Assembly: GCA_950097015.1 (NCBI GenBank)
Contig: CATNEN010000039.1
Location: forward strand, 9,920,001 to 9,984,000
Origin: Macrostomum hystrix
Lineage: Eukaryota; Animalia; Platyhelminthes
Direction: 5' to 3'
DNA: 64,000 bases
Made by a program: the position numbers and the translations under genes. The notes beneath the pieces are model-generated. The model ran no database searches, was not told the DNA's origin, and worked only from the letters and a program-made list of their open reading frames with translations. Of the stretch, positions 13,101 through 27,002 are shown one piece after another. Every line of letters starts with the position of its first letter. The first letter of the stretch is position 1.

Positions 13101-16100
13101 CTTCCTGACAATTGTTCTTGACGCCGCTACTTAACAGCAAGGACTCCAGATACAGCAGGAGAGCCTTGGGAGCACTGCGCTCCAACCGGGACACGATCTC
13201 GCCGGGCGGAAGTCCGCAGCCGGTCAGCACTCGCAGGTGTCGCTCAGGCACGGGGCCGGCCAGCAGGTATTCAGCGTGCGGCCAGAACAGATCGGCAGCG
13301 TCGACACTGGCTAGAGTGGCCACGTAGTCGGCGAAGTAGTCGACGCCGGGAAATTGAGGATCGGTGAGTCCGTGCTCAGTGCCGGCTTCTAGAAGACAGC
13401 GCCACACCTGTGCAGTGCAAAGTTATTTTTGCGACCAGCGATTAGAAATCATTTAGTACTCAAATAGCCTCAAAACTAACTCTTATGTACTCACTCATCA
13501 CTCCATAGCCTGAATCGTTAACCCTGTAGCCTCACCCATCACCCAATAGCCTCACCCATCACCCAGTAGGCTCACCCATCACCCAATAGCCTCACCCATC
13601 ACCCAGTAGGCTCACCCATCACCCAGTAGGCTCACCCATCACCCAATAGCCTCACCCATCACCCAGTAGGCTCACCCATCACCCAATAGCCTCACCCATC
13701 ACCCAGTAGCTTCACAAATCACCCAGTAGCCTCACCCATCACCCAGTAGCTTCACACATCACCCATCACACATCATCATCAGTAGGCTCACCCATCACCC
13801 AGTGGCCTCACCCATCACCCAGTAGCTTCACACATCACCCAGTAGCCTCACCCATCACCCAGTAGGCTCACCCATCACCCATCACCCATCACCCAGTAGC
13901 CTCACCCATCACCCAGTAGGCTCACCCATCACCCAGTAGGCTCACCCATCACCCAGTACGCTCACACATCACCCAGTAGGCTCACCCATCACCCAGTAGG
14001 CTCACCCATCACCCAGTAGGCTCACCCATCACCCAGTAGGCTCACCCATCACCCAGTACGCTCACCCATCACCCAGTAGGCTCACCCATCACCCAGTAGG
14101 CTCACCCATCACCCAGTAGGCTCACCCATCACCCAGTGGGCTCACCCATCACCCAGTAGGCTCACCCATCACCCAGTAGGCTCACCCATCACCCAGTAGG
14201 CTCACCCATCACCCAGTGGGCTCACCCATCACCCAGTAGGCTCACCCATCACCCAGTAGGCTCACCCATCACCCAGTAGGCTCACCCATCACCCAGTAGG
14301 CTCACCCATCACCCAGTGGGCTCACCCATCACCCAGTGGGCTCACCCATCACCCAGTAGGCTCACCCATCACCCAGTAGGCTCACCCATCACCCAGTAGG
14401 CTCACCCATCACCCAGTAGGCTCACCCATCACCCAGTACGCTCACCCATCACCCAGTGGGCTCACCCATCACCCAGTAGGCTCACCCATCACCCAGTAGG
14501 CTCACCCATCACCCAGTAGGCTCACCCATCACCCAGTGGGCTCACCCATCACCCAGTAGGCTCACCCATCACCCAGTAGGCTCACCCATCACCCAGTAGG
14601 CTCACCCATCACCCATCACCCATCACCCATCACCCAGTAGCCTCACCCATCACCCAGTAGGCTCACCCATCACCCAGTAGGCTCACCCATCACCCAGTAC
14701 GCTCACACATCACCCAGTAGGCTCACCCATCACCCAGTAGGCTCACCCATCACCCAGTAGGCTCACCCATCACCCAGTAGGCTCACCCATCACCCAGTAC
14801 GCTCACCCATCACCCAGTAGGCTCACCCATCACCCAGTAGGCTCACCCATCACCCAGTAGGCTCACCCATCACCCAGTGGGCTCACCCATCACCCAGTAG
14901 GCTCACCCATCACCCAGTAGGCTCACCCATCACCCAGTAGGCTCACCCATCACCCAGTAGGCTCACCCATCACCCAGTAGGCTCACCCATCACCCAGTAC
15001 GCTCACCCATCACCCAGTGGGCTCACCCATCACCCAGTAGGCTCACCCATCACCCAGTAGGCTCACCCATCACCCAGTAGGCTCACCCATCACCCAGTGG
15101 GCTCACCCATCACCCAGTAGGCTCACCCATCACCCAGTAGGCTCACCCATCACCCAGTAGGCTCACCCATCACCCAGTAGGCTCACCCATCACCCAGTGG
15201 GCTCACCCATCACCCAGTGGGCTCACCCATCACCCAGTAGGCTCACCCATCACCCAGTGGGCTCACCCATCACCCAGTAGGCTCACCCATCACCCAGTAG
15301 GCTCACCCATCACCCAGTAGGCTCACCCATCACCCAGTACGCTCACCCATCACCCAGTGGGCTCACCCATCACCCAGTAGGCTCACCCATCACCCAGTAG
15401 GCTCACCCATCACCCAGTAGGCTCACCCATCACCCAGTGGGCTCACCCATCACCCAGTAGGCTCACCCATCACCCAGTAGGCTCACCCATCACCCAGTAG
15501 GCTCACCCATCACCCAGTAGGCTCACCCATCACCCAGTGGGCTCACCCATCACCCAGTGGGCTCACCCATCACCCAGTAGGCTCACCTGGCACGCCTCAG
15601 CCGACCGGCCTAGCCAGCGGAGCAGCACAGCCCTGGCGTGGTGTCGCTCAGTTTTGCTTAGAAATTCTAAACAGTCTGTCGCATCGCACTCCAAATCTGA
15701 GTAGATGAGAGTCTCAGTTTGTCCTGGCTGCAGTTCGGCGCACAGCTTCAACAAAGCGGTGTCCGCCTCGCGTCTGATAAAGGACAATAACAAATGAAGC
15801 TTTTTATACTTTACTGCTTTCAAAAAGCTGCTTAAATCTTAAAAAAAAACCCACCTGAAATCCCCAGTGAAGCGGCTGACACGATACTTGAACAGCAGCT
15901 CGAGCAAAAAGGCTTTGAGCATGCTCATTCTAACTGGTTCCGCTGAGCATAGCTCGCCTAACTGGGCCAGCCCGTCCGGTTGTAGCGGCATCGATGACTC
16001 AGGCCCAGGCGGAGGCAGGAGACCGGGACACAGGCCTAGCAGGTGCCGCAGGTCAATTCGTCCCTCAACCAGGTATTGCTTTGCCTTCTGAGCGTCCTCT

Positions 16101-16104
16101 GACC

Positions 16105-16135
<31 letters not shown>

Positions 16136-19100
16136 GGCAGCGGTAGCGCGTCGAAGACAGACTATCCCGGCGACCTGTTGAAGCCGGCGAAATCTGGCTA
16201 GCAGTTCCGGGCTGGACTGTCCGGCGTCTGCGGCCGATTGGCGAGCGTGCTCGGCCACCCGCATGGCTTCGTCCACCTGGATTCGTACAGTTTTTGTGGT
16301 TTTGCAGGCAATTTGTGCTATTTATAGTGTCAGGGTGTCAACGATAAGGGGATCAGCGGCAATGGCGGTCAGTTAGGGGGGTCAGCTAGGGAGTCAGCTA
16401 GGGGGTCAGCTAGGGGGTCAGCTAGGGGGTCAGCTAGGGGTCAGCAAGTAATGGGGCCAGTGGGAAAAAGCAGTAACTAAATGTGTCAGTGGAAGGGGTT
16501 AACGGTAAGGGCGTGGAATTAACTGGACAGGGCATCAACTACAGGGGGTGTCACATAAAGGCTTCTATAGCAAGGGAGGTCAATGGTTGTTAGCTTATTT
16601 TGAGCTTAAATAAAGGATAATCGATAGTGATTATGAGTCCTCACCTGTCCATCGCGCAGCATCTGTTCAACCTGACTGTACCAGGGCAGCGGCAGGGCGG
16701 CCTGCAGGTCGCCACTCTGGCAGGCGATGAGCACGAGGTGTGACAGGGAGCCGCACCTGGCGAATTCGCGAGCAACGGCCAGGGTGAGGCCGCCGTTAAC
16801 GCTGTGCGTTTGCACCTGCTGGCGCTCGTAGTGCAGGCCGCTGTGAACCGTGAGAAACTCGTCGCTAAGGCTCAGGACGTAGGGCGGAGCTGACACCAGC
16901 GCCAGGGTGTTCGAGTCCAGCTGGAGAGGCGGCCGGCGAGAGCTGCCGTCTCTGCCGCTGACAAAGATGCCAAGGTTGTTCATGCCGGTGACCAGGAATT
17001 CTCCCTGCAGAACAGAGGTTACTGCGACTATGTAGGATAGCTGGGGGTCAGTCTGGCGGTCTGGGAGAGTGACGGATCAGTCTTGGGATCTGGGATAGTG
17101 CAAGGTGGATCAGTCTGGGGATCTGGGAGAGTGGAAGGTGGATCAGTCTTGGGATCTGGGAGAGTGGAAGGTGGATCAGTCTGGGGATCTGGGAGAGTGG
17201 AAGGTGGATCAGTCTGGGGATCTGGAAGTGGAAGGCGGATCAGTCTGGGGATCTGGGAGAGTGACGGATCAGTCTGGGGATCTGGGAGTGGAAGGCGGAT
17301 CAGTCTGGGGATCTGGGAGAGTGACGGATCAGTCTGGGGATCTGGTAGGGTGACGGATCAGTCTGGGGATCTGGTAGAGTGACGGATCAGTCTGGGGATC
17401 TGGTAGAATGGAAGTCTGGTAATCTCGTTTCTGTTTCATGCTACAAAATAAAAAACAAAGACTTACGTGCCAGTTAAATTGCAATACTGACTGCTGCGAT
17501 GTGTTAGTTATTGGTCTAGTAGGTCTAACTTCTATATAACTAAGTGCAGGTCGGACGAACTGACAGGGATATAATTATATGCCCACCCATTTTGAGGTGG
17601 CTGCATCGGCACGTTGCCATGCTAGAGTTTGAGCACGTAAAATTAAATAAGTACTGCCCAAACAGTTTATACCAGAGAGCTGTTGACAATTGGTACTTAG
17701 CGAGAACAATTTAATTATAGAAGCTATATTACTCTTGCACGTTAAATTCAGACAACAAGATCTACTCTGATTATAATAATACTTTAATCACCTTATCAAC
17801 TAGTTCAACAAGCGGACTGACTCGCTGACCATCGTCTAATGAGAATAGCTCCTGCTGCTGCTGCTGCTGAGAACTGTCCTGTGAGCAGCTAATTAGCAGG
17901 TAGCGGCTCCAAGTGCCAACACAGATTCTGTCACCGTCCACACTCTGTGAAATTCAAAACCAACTAATAATTAACAAGGACAGAGTTCGATAGGAAAATC
18001 TATAAATTTCTCATTGAAATAAAACACTTACAAAGCACAGCGGGACCTCCGCCAGGTGAATCTCTTTAATTACTTGCGGCTTCGATTCGCCCAGAAGTAG
18101 CAGCACTATTGACTTCTTCTTGGTGCCAATAAACACCTGCGGGTTTTGTGGCCATAATGCCAATTAAGACGTTTAACTATACGAGCGATCCGTTATATTC
18201 CCGCATCAAGTGGGCTAGACTAGCAATCCATTCTCTTCATGTTGGATAGACAAGCAATCCATTCTCATCTCGTTGGATAGACAAGCAATCTATTCTCATC
18301 AGGTTGGATAGACTAGCAATCCATCCTCATCATGTTGGATAGACTAGCAATCCATTCTTATCACGCTAGATAGACTAGCAATCCATTCTTATCACGCTAG
18401 ATAGACTAGCAATCCATTCTTATCACGTTAGATAGACTAGCAATCTATTCTTATCACGCTAGATAGACTAGCAATCTATTCTTATCACGTTAGATAGACT
18501 AGCAATCCATTCTTATCACGTTAGATAGACTAGCAATCTATTCTTATCACGTTAGATAGACTAGCAATCCATTCTTATCCCGATAGATAGACTAGCAATC
18601 TATTCTTATCACGTTAGATAGACTAGCAATCCATTCTTATCACGTTAGATAGACTAGCAATCTATTCTTATCACGTTAGATAGACTAGCAATCCATTCTT
18701 ATCACGTTAGATAGACTAGCAATCTATTCTTATCACGTTAGATAGACTAGCAATCCATTCTTATCCCGATAGATAGACTAGCAATCTATTCTTATCACGT
18801 TAGATAGACTAGCAATCCATTCTTATCCCGATAGATAGACTAGCAATCTATTCTTATCACGTTAGATAGACTAGCAATCCATTCTCATCATGTTGGATAT
18901 ACTAGCAATCCATTCTCATCTCGTTGGATAGACAAGCAACCCATTCTGTTCCCACATGAAAGAAGCTAGACAAGCAACCCATTCTGTTCCCACATGAAAG
19001 AAGCTAGACAAGCAACCCATTCTGTTCCCACATGAAAGAAGTCAGACAAGCAACCCATTCTGTTCCCACATGAAAGAAGCTAGACAAGCAACCCATTCTG

Positions 19101-21438
19101 TTCCCACATGAAAGAAGCTAGACAAGCAACCCATTCTGTTCCCACATGAAAGAAGCTAGACAAGCAACCCATTCTGTTCCCACATGAAAGAAGCTAGACA
19201 AGCAACCCATTCTGTTCCCACATGAAAGAAGCTAGACAAGCAACCCATTCTGTTCCCACATGAAAGAAGCTAGACAAGCAACCCATTCTGTTCCCACATG
19301 AAAGAAGCTAGACAAGCAACCCATTCTGTTCCCACATGAAAGAAGCTAGACAAGCAACCCATTCTGTTCCCACATGAAAGAAGCTAGACAAGCAACCCAT
19401 TCTGTTCCCACATGAAAGAAGCTAGACAAGCAACCCATTCTGTTCCCATATTATATATATTATAGTAGTTTTACATTGTCTCACCTCCATGGACTTCTCG
19501 TAAAGAGCATTGTGAACTTGAAAACTGGTGACATTCTTTAGCTTGGTTGCATTGTAGGAAACCTAAACATGTGTTATCATATTGATTAATGTACTATCGA
19601 TTTCAAAAAGGACAATAAAAAATCCATTAGCCACACAACAGACCTCGAGGCTTGGCACCGATAGCACTTGAAGCAGATTGTCACAAAGGACAACAATCTT
19701 TTTATTGTCACAAATCTCCAACTGTGTGACTGGCTTCTTCTGCAATTTTTTATTAAGTTAGAATTATTTTACAATTGACATTCTACTTCTCGTCGTCAGT
19801 ATTTAGAAGATGACATTTACCAATCCAAGATTTTTCTGCTGCACTGGTCCAATGGAAAAGTCCACACTTGTGCCAACCTCAATTAGCTCAAATGTAAATA
19901 AGTGGACAGACGATTGGCTTGTTCCTAAGACCAGCGACTTTCGAAACACATCCAAAGCTGACAGCTGTGTTAATGGTTAGGGAATTAACTAAATACTTTT
20001 TACTGTGTTTATTATATTAAAACACAAAAAGTAACAGATAAAAATTAGTTTTTTGTTAGCCTATAAAATGGATCAGAAATGTTAAATATGGCAAAATTAA
20101 AAAATAAAAAATTATTAGCCAGGGGCATAGCCAAAGCTATTGTGTTGTTTATAAAGACACTACATAGCCATTCAGTAATGAAAGGACTGGAAATTTCTTC
20201 CCCGTGTAGCTTATGTTCATAGCTATCCATTTTTATAGCAGGCTAAACTGAAATACTACTACTTAGGGAACTAAGTGTTCTGCCCATAAACAATAACAAA
20301 CATTGTTTCTAATGGGTTGGGATTTAAATACTCAGCCTCTCAGTCAGGATTCTATAACCACTAGGCTAAAATTTCCTCCTTTGTGTACATTAGTGCTTTA
20401 GCCATCTAGCTATATACAGGGTATAGCATAGGCATTAATAAGATTAGCTAAGCATTGCTTTTCACTCGTGTAAATATGAGAACCATTTTTGTTTGTTTTG
20501 CTATTCCATAAAAAATAATATTGTAGTTCTAGAAACTTGCTTAATATATATATGTAGCCAATCATGTCTGACTAATTGGTTCTAACTTACAATTTTTATT
20601 CTGACTTACTCAACTTTACCCAAAAAAAGCAGCACCAAAAATTATACAACAAAATTAATCATTTGCATGTAGAAAAAGCTTAGTGGTTTTTCTTGTGAAT
20701 TAAAAATTTTACCTAAAAAAGCTACCTAAAAAATATTGTTGATTCTTTAATAGTGAAGAAAAGTTTTTTGTTTTCTTTTACATACACAATTTCACTATAG
20801 TAAAGCATGGCGAGCCTACAAATAACTAGTTAAAATCATTAAACAGAACCCAATGTCTAAACTTGGCTTCAATATTGTGTCACAATAAACAAAAAAAGTT
20901 TTTTTTTAATTTCCTAGTTATAACAAAAAGTTGAATATGAATAAAAAAATTTTGTTATAAAAGATATTTAAGTTTTGTGTTATCATTTTACGTCTGTGAA
21001 AGAGTAATTTTTGTTAAGTTTCTACTATTAATAATGATATGATACAGATATATTATATGGTTAACAATGGCAATGGAAGAAAACCAGTAAATATGTCATT
21101 AAAAAGCTAAAAAATAGCATATCCTATTTTATACATCATACAATAAAGATAGGCCAATTAAAACTCTGTGCATAATAGCCAGCTATATTTAGTAAGTCAT
21201 TAAGTCACTACTTACTAGGTCTAGTCTAATAGTTATTAATGTTAACACATTGGTCAAACTATTTTAGTATTTAAGATAAATGCTTAAGAGTTCTATATTT
21301 TTGGGCATACTTGGCATGGTAAGAATAACACAGCAATTAAAACAAAAACAAGCAAACTTTTTAATATTTAGTTATTTTTACCTTCTCATGTGCTGGGACA
21401 AGATTGTCAGAGAAAAACAAGAACTCATACGCATTCAT
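10145..21438 (-). CDS. TGFBRAP1: TGFBRAP1/Vps3-Vps39 family (CORVET/HOPS subunit; CNH, helical repeat, C-terminal Vps39_2 zinc finger), 13 exons
   Basis: In-frame GT-AG exons: 21438-21382, 19964-19821, 19739-19644, 19562-19485, 18136-18032, 17944-17792, 17004-16645, 16276-15855, 15773-15587, 13407-13035, 11368-11265, 11049-10642, 10417-10145. Motifs: KNLGLKKPVTQL..VLCDN, GEFLV..LGIFV...SRRPP, ADTALLKL, LLYLESL..RLHTRLGALYLE, RVSLTESTRCALCHRRF..HLRC. TGFBRAP1 preferred over VPS39 from the KKPV/LCDN and RPP motifs. Confidence 0.85.
11078..11262. repeat. 60-bp tandem triplication making up most of TGFBRAP1 intron 11
   Basis: AATCCATTTTAGACTACTTATAGTAGAAATATAAAC.. recurs with a 60-bp period. Confidence 0.85.
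11570..12990. repeat. ~21-bp minisatellite (AATCCCCATCTAAGTAGCATT) in TGFBRAP1 intron 10
   Basis: Direct reading. Confidence 0.96.
13525..15586. repeat. 20-bp minisatellite (CTCACCCATCACCCAGTAGG), ~100 copies, TGFBRAP1 intron 9
   Basis: Direct reading; the array terminates exactly at the splice donor. Confidence 0.97.
16370..16445. repeat. 12-bp repeat (GGGGGTCAGCTA)
   Basis: Direct reading. Confidence 0.85.
17040..17410. repeat. ~28-33-bp minisatellite (GGATCAGTCTGGGGATCTGGGAGAGT..)
   Basis: Direct reading. Confidence 0.9.
18215..19448. repeat. Compound minisatellite: 31-bp array (18215-18940) fused to a 38-bp array (18930-19448)
   Basis: Units TAGATAGACTAGCAATCCATTCTTATCACGT and AGACAAGCAACCCATTCTGTTCCCACATGAAAGAAGCT. 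Confidence 0.95.
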
Positions 21439-23409
21439 ATTAGTTAAACTGAATGTAGTTAAAGATACTTAACTAACTAATAAACCAAAAAATATAGCGG
21501 TAGGCGATTAAGGAACAGTGGAATTATATATCATTCGGATATAAATACTTCAAGGACCTATAGGTATCTAATAAAAGCAATAATCCGGTAGGCCTACGAC
21601 GTGCGTTTTTTTAAGAGTACTAAAAGAATTTAGGAAGTAGATACACTTTTCTAGACAGTCTTCGGTCTAGATACTTCACTAGTAAGGCTTATAGAAAAGA
21701 TTTAGAGGTCTTATTTGACTTTGACGGTAGTTCCGTTTTAGTAAACGAAACTTTTAACTTTTGTTGTGAGGTTTGAATCTAGCCCACACAGTGGCATGGG
21801 TGGGTCAAATAAACATTTTGAACTTGTCAGACCTAAGGTAATTTAGATTTTTCACTGTTCAGATATAAATTTCACCAATATAGGTTTTATACTTATAATA
21901 ACGACTTTATATTAACCAATTCCACCCCGAACAACATAAAAGCTTGCTTCTAAAGGCTGGTACTTAGTAAGTCAAGAATGTCGCTTAGTTCTAAGAATGC
22001 TTATTTTTTAATACACGGCAGCATGTCAGCCAACATCAAAACAAAACGTCTAAGTGTTGCAAGGTAGGTAATCATCTAATAACTTTATAATCGTCCCCAG
22101 AATTTTTTAATTACTGCTATATTTAAAAACCGAGAACAAAATCGACCCTTTAGCGCACTGATAGTCAATTAAGTTTCGTTGTCGCGCACTCCGCACGTTG
22201 ACTTTTTTGATTGGCCCAAGCTAATGTAGCTGCTAATACATGACATTAGCCAGATCCGTTTCAAACGTTTTAAAGATTAAACGATCATACTCGCGTATAG
22301 CTTGTTGACCTACGACGGAAAAATTGTCGCAGAAAAAATCGGCGCACGCAGATTACGATTTAACTGTAGCACTACCAAAGTCGTGCGTTTTTATACCAAG
22401 GGGGGATTTCCCAAGGACAACTTAAGTAGATAGGTAGATATATACGTTACTTGAGTAGTCCTTGGGATTTCCCTTTTCCTTCAGGGGTGCAATATGAAAT
22501 TTTTAGCAGCGCCTGAGTGTTAACAGCGTGGGTGGTGAATGATTGGTTGACAGACTAAATGATGGTGTACTGTGTTTGAGCTGCGCGCATTGTATTTAGG
22601 CTTGATCAGTGGAATTGGCGAAATTCGCGTCAGGGTGTCCATATCAAGGACTACTATAAGTAGAAATAAAACTATAAACGACACTTCAGTCGTCATTGGT
22701 TCATAGTTGGCCTATTTCCGCCTGTTGTAGCCCTTGAAGGTCCAGCAAATCCGTCTAGATAAAGAAGGTGACCACTGAAGACGGAGATGATGCAGGCGCA
22801 TTTGCGTGATAAATTTTTAAGGCCTGGCAAGACCGCACTGAGGCGCAGTGCTAATTTCTGTATGAAATGCACTTATAGCTCTTATGGAAAAAAATCTGAC
22901 CTTCGGCCAGAAACATTGAATATCTTGACGGTCTGAAGAGTTGGCGACTTGCGCAGCAAAAAGATGGCCCGTGTTCTAGAGTTTCGTGTGCTGCATTGTT
23001 CCATTCAGTACAGCACAAAAATTGTCAAAAAATCCCCCCGCCTAAGTACGTTCTACTGTTAATTGATGAGTCATCCATATGGTCTATCGTATAAGGCAAG
23101 CAAAAAGTCTGAGAAAACCGAGCATTAGAAAGCCACAGGCATGAATGATCGTTAAAAATTCTTGCGATGTTGGATCTGCATTAGCAGTTCAGTAAGCTGT
23201 TACTGTTGGTTGTTGCTGGACGCTAATTTTTCTCCAGCTTTTGAAAAAAACGCAGTTTAAACTTGACAGTCGATCATCCAAACGTCTGTAAATTTAATTT
23301 AATATAATTTAGCACTTAAAAATGCATTATTTAACAATTTGAGTAATCGATACAAACTTTTATTATAGCGCAGCGGTCCTCAAACTTTTATTCAGGCGAC
23401 CCTAATTTA

Positions 23410-23995
<586 letters not shown>

Positions 23996-24363
23996 CAGAT
24001 GAGATTGAATATCTGAGCAGATGCCTCTCTAATCCTAATCTAACCCTAATCCTAAGCAGGTTATTGTGCCTCCAATCGGCTAAGCCAAAAGGAACGGGAA
24101 TGCGTTTAAATGTGGGGGTGGATTGTTGAGAGGAGTTCCTCCTCTGGGTAAGGAGTTGCGATCGTTCGTGTTAAACTCGCTGGGGTAACAAGGTAGAAGG
24201 GAGACAGAGAAGGAAAGTTTGTTTTGCTTGTCGTGTGGTGCCGTGTGACTCAGCCCATATCTAGCAGAACAGGCTTAGCTTGCGACTGCGTGCATACGAG
24301 CTATTTTGTGTTGCGACTTCAAGTTGAGTGCTAGGCCGCTAGTGCTATTGCCATTGCAATGTA

Positions 24364-25205
24364 CGAGGGGTGTTCCAAAAGTCCTTTCCCTTTTGAGCAT
24401 AGCTCAGGATGTACAGGTCTGATTGCAAAGCGGTTTTCTATGGCTGATAGAACTTTTTTCTGTGCTTCTTTTGACACCAAACTTATTAAAAAAAGGCCTA
24501 CTTTTGTGGGAGCATAAGACGATCAGAAATCAGGTGTACTGTCATCCGTGCATCCTCATCCAGAAGTGCCCAGATGCGAGGGGCAAGGTCATTGATGAAT
24601 GGAGCAGTAGGGCGGCCGGAGCGAGGTTGATCACTGAGTTGCTCTCGACCTGCTTCAAAGCGCTCAATCCGATGGCGAACGGTGCGAAGAGTCACCGCTT
24701 GATCCTGGTATGCGGTGACCAAGGCTTGATGAATTAGAATAGCCGACTGACAATTTTTCCACAGTGAAAATATCGCAGCTCGCTGTGCTTCGACACTGTG
24801 GACATCCATGGAGGTGATCCAAACTCCAGATGTCAAAAGAGACAGCAAACTTGTTGACAAGAAGTAAGGCTTTAGAAAACACAATACTTGCAGAAAGACT
24901 ATTGTAATGTTTCAGCAAAATCATGTCAAGATTATGGCTAACATTTGCTTTCTTGGGCTTTAAAATTCAAGTCAAAACAACACAAGACTTGGTTTTAGGC
25001 AGAAAAATAAATCTTTGTAAACCTAATGGTAGATGTCTATGGCCAATGCCCAAATATCTCAGAAACTGCTTTACCGTTTAGCACAAGCTTGGTGTCAAAA
25101 GAAGCACAGAAAAAAGTTCTATCAGCCATCGAAAACCGCTTTGCAATCAGACCTGTACATCCTGAGCTATGCTCAAAAAGGAAAGGATTTTTGGAACACC
25201 CCTCG
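24364..25205 (-). mobile_element. Non-autonomous mariner derivative with ~120-bp TIRs, nested in the hAT relic
   Basis: TA|CGAGGGGTGTTCCAAAA...TTTTGGAACACCCCTCG|TA. TIRs ~24364-24484 and ~25085-25205. Mariner HTH fragment QRAAI..IHQALVTAY..TVRHRIERFEAG..DQPRSGRP..EDARMT (ORF 24498-24884); no catalytic domain. Confidence 0.9.
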
Positions 25206-25502
25206 TAGCTAACAGCCTTTGACTTACTTTTACTTTTACTGAAAATGTTTTACTCTAAAATCTCTATAGGGTTCTTCCCCAATGAAAAATACAATTTTTT
25301 TTTCTTTTTGCTGCGATCCCCAGAAAATGGTCACGCGACCCCACTGGGGGTCGCGACCCACAGGTTGAGAACCACTGCTATAGCGGAACTGTTTTATGGT
25401 ATTAAGTGAGCTTCCAATAAACCAATTAAAAAATGCTGTATATAAGTTTTCTTCGTGCATCACAAACAGGATATTAGATACGTCAATTATCAGATCACAC
25501 GT

Positions 25503-26527
25503 TTTGGATCTGGCTATTTGGATCTGGCTATTTGGATCTGGCTATTTGGATCTGGCTATTTGGCTCTGGCTATTTGGCTCTGGCTATTTGGATCTGGCTA
25601 TTTGGCTCTGGCTATTTGGCTCTGGCTATTTGGATCTGGCTATTTGGATCTGGCTATTTGGATCTGGCTATTTGGATCTGGCTATTTGGCTCTGGCTATT
25701 TGGCTCTGGCTATTTGGCTCTGGCTATTTGGCTCTGGCTATTTGGCTCTGGCTATTTGGCTCTGGCTATTTGGATCTGGCTATTTGGCTCTGGCTATTTG
25801 GATCTGGCTATTTGGCTCTGGCTATTTGGCTCTGGCTATTTGGATCTGGCTATTTGGCTCTGGCTATTTGGATCTGGCTATTTGGCTCTGGCTATTTGGC
25901 TCTGGCTATTTGGCTCTGGCTATTTGGCTCTGGCTGTTTGGATCTGGCTATTTGGCTCTGGCTATTTGGCTCTGGCTATTTGGCTCTGGCTATTTGGCTC
26001 TGGCTATTTGGCTCTGGCTATTTGGCTCTGGCTATTTGGATCTGGCTATTTGGATCTGGCTATTTGGATCTGGCTATTTGGCTCTGGCTATTTGGATCTG
26101 GCTATTTGGATCTGGCTATTTGGATCTGGCTATTTGGATCTGGCTATTTGGATCTGGCTATTTGGCTCTGGCTATTTGGCTCTGGCTATTTGGCTCTGGC
26201 TATTTGGCTCTGGCTATTTGGCTCTGGCTATTTGGCTCTGGCTATTTGGATCTGGCTATTTGGCTCTGGCTATTTGGATCTGGCTATTTGGCTCTGGCTA
26301 TTTGGCTCTGGCTATTTGGCTCTGGCTATTTGGCTCTGGCTGTTTGGATCTGGCTATTTGGCTCTGGCTATTTGGCTCTGGCTGTTTGGCTCTGGCTATT
26401 TGGATCTGGCTGTTTGGCTCTGGCTATTTGGATCTGGCTGTTTGGATCTGGCTGTTTGGATCTGGCTGTTTGGATCTGGCTATTTGGATCTGGCTGTTTG
26501 GATCTGGCTATTTGGATCTGGCTATTC
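25503..26527. repeat. 14-bp minisatellite (TTGGMTCTGGCTAT)
   Basis: Direct reading. Confidence 0.97.
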
Positions 26528-26857
26528 ATGTCCAAATAGCCACATCCGCATCGACATATAGTCAGATCTCAGATTTGCATAGCACAAAAGTAAATATGCA
26601 AGGTAACATAGGAAGTCGGGTACCTGCATCTGTGTGTTTTATCCTACTTACTTGCATGACGGCGGAGTAAAGCATTGCATAGAGGCCCTTGGAGGTATTC
26701 ATTAGACTGAGTGTCGGATATCACTCAAAATCACGAGCTCAAGAGTGTTGCCTGACATTTTTTGTATAGCAGAGACATTCTGCTAAAAGATATGAAGTCA
26801 CTTGATTTTACTCTTGATTAGACACTAAACAGACATACTTATAAGGGCATTGTTGCT

Positions 26858-27002
26858 TTGGTTCCAGTTCTGATGGGATGGTCGCTTTGGAACCAGTTCT
26901 GTTGAGATGGTCGCTTAAGAACCAGTTCTGATGGGATGGTCGCTTTGGAACCAGTTCTGATGGGATGGTCGCTTTGGAACCAGTTCTGTTGAGATGGTCG
27001 CT
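26858..27002. repeat. 29-bp minisatellite, ~5 copies
   Basis: Unit TTGGAACCAGTTCTGATGGGATGGTCGCT. Confidence 0.9.

Noticed and set aside
25396-26670. Hydrophobic 335-424 aa ORFs in three frames
   Set aside because: Artefact of a 14-bp tandem repeat. The same applies to ORFs at 1802-2987, 11557-12465, 32209-33552, 34073-34656, 43915-44432, 60257-61571 and 62251-63628.
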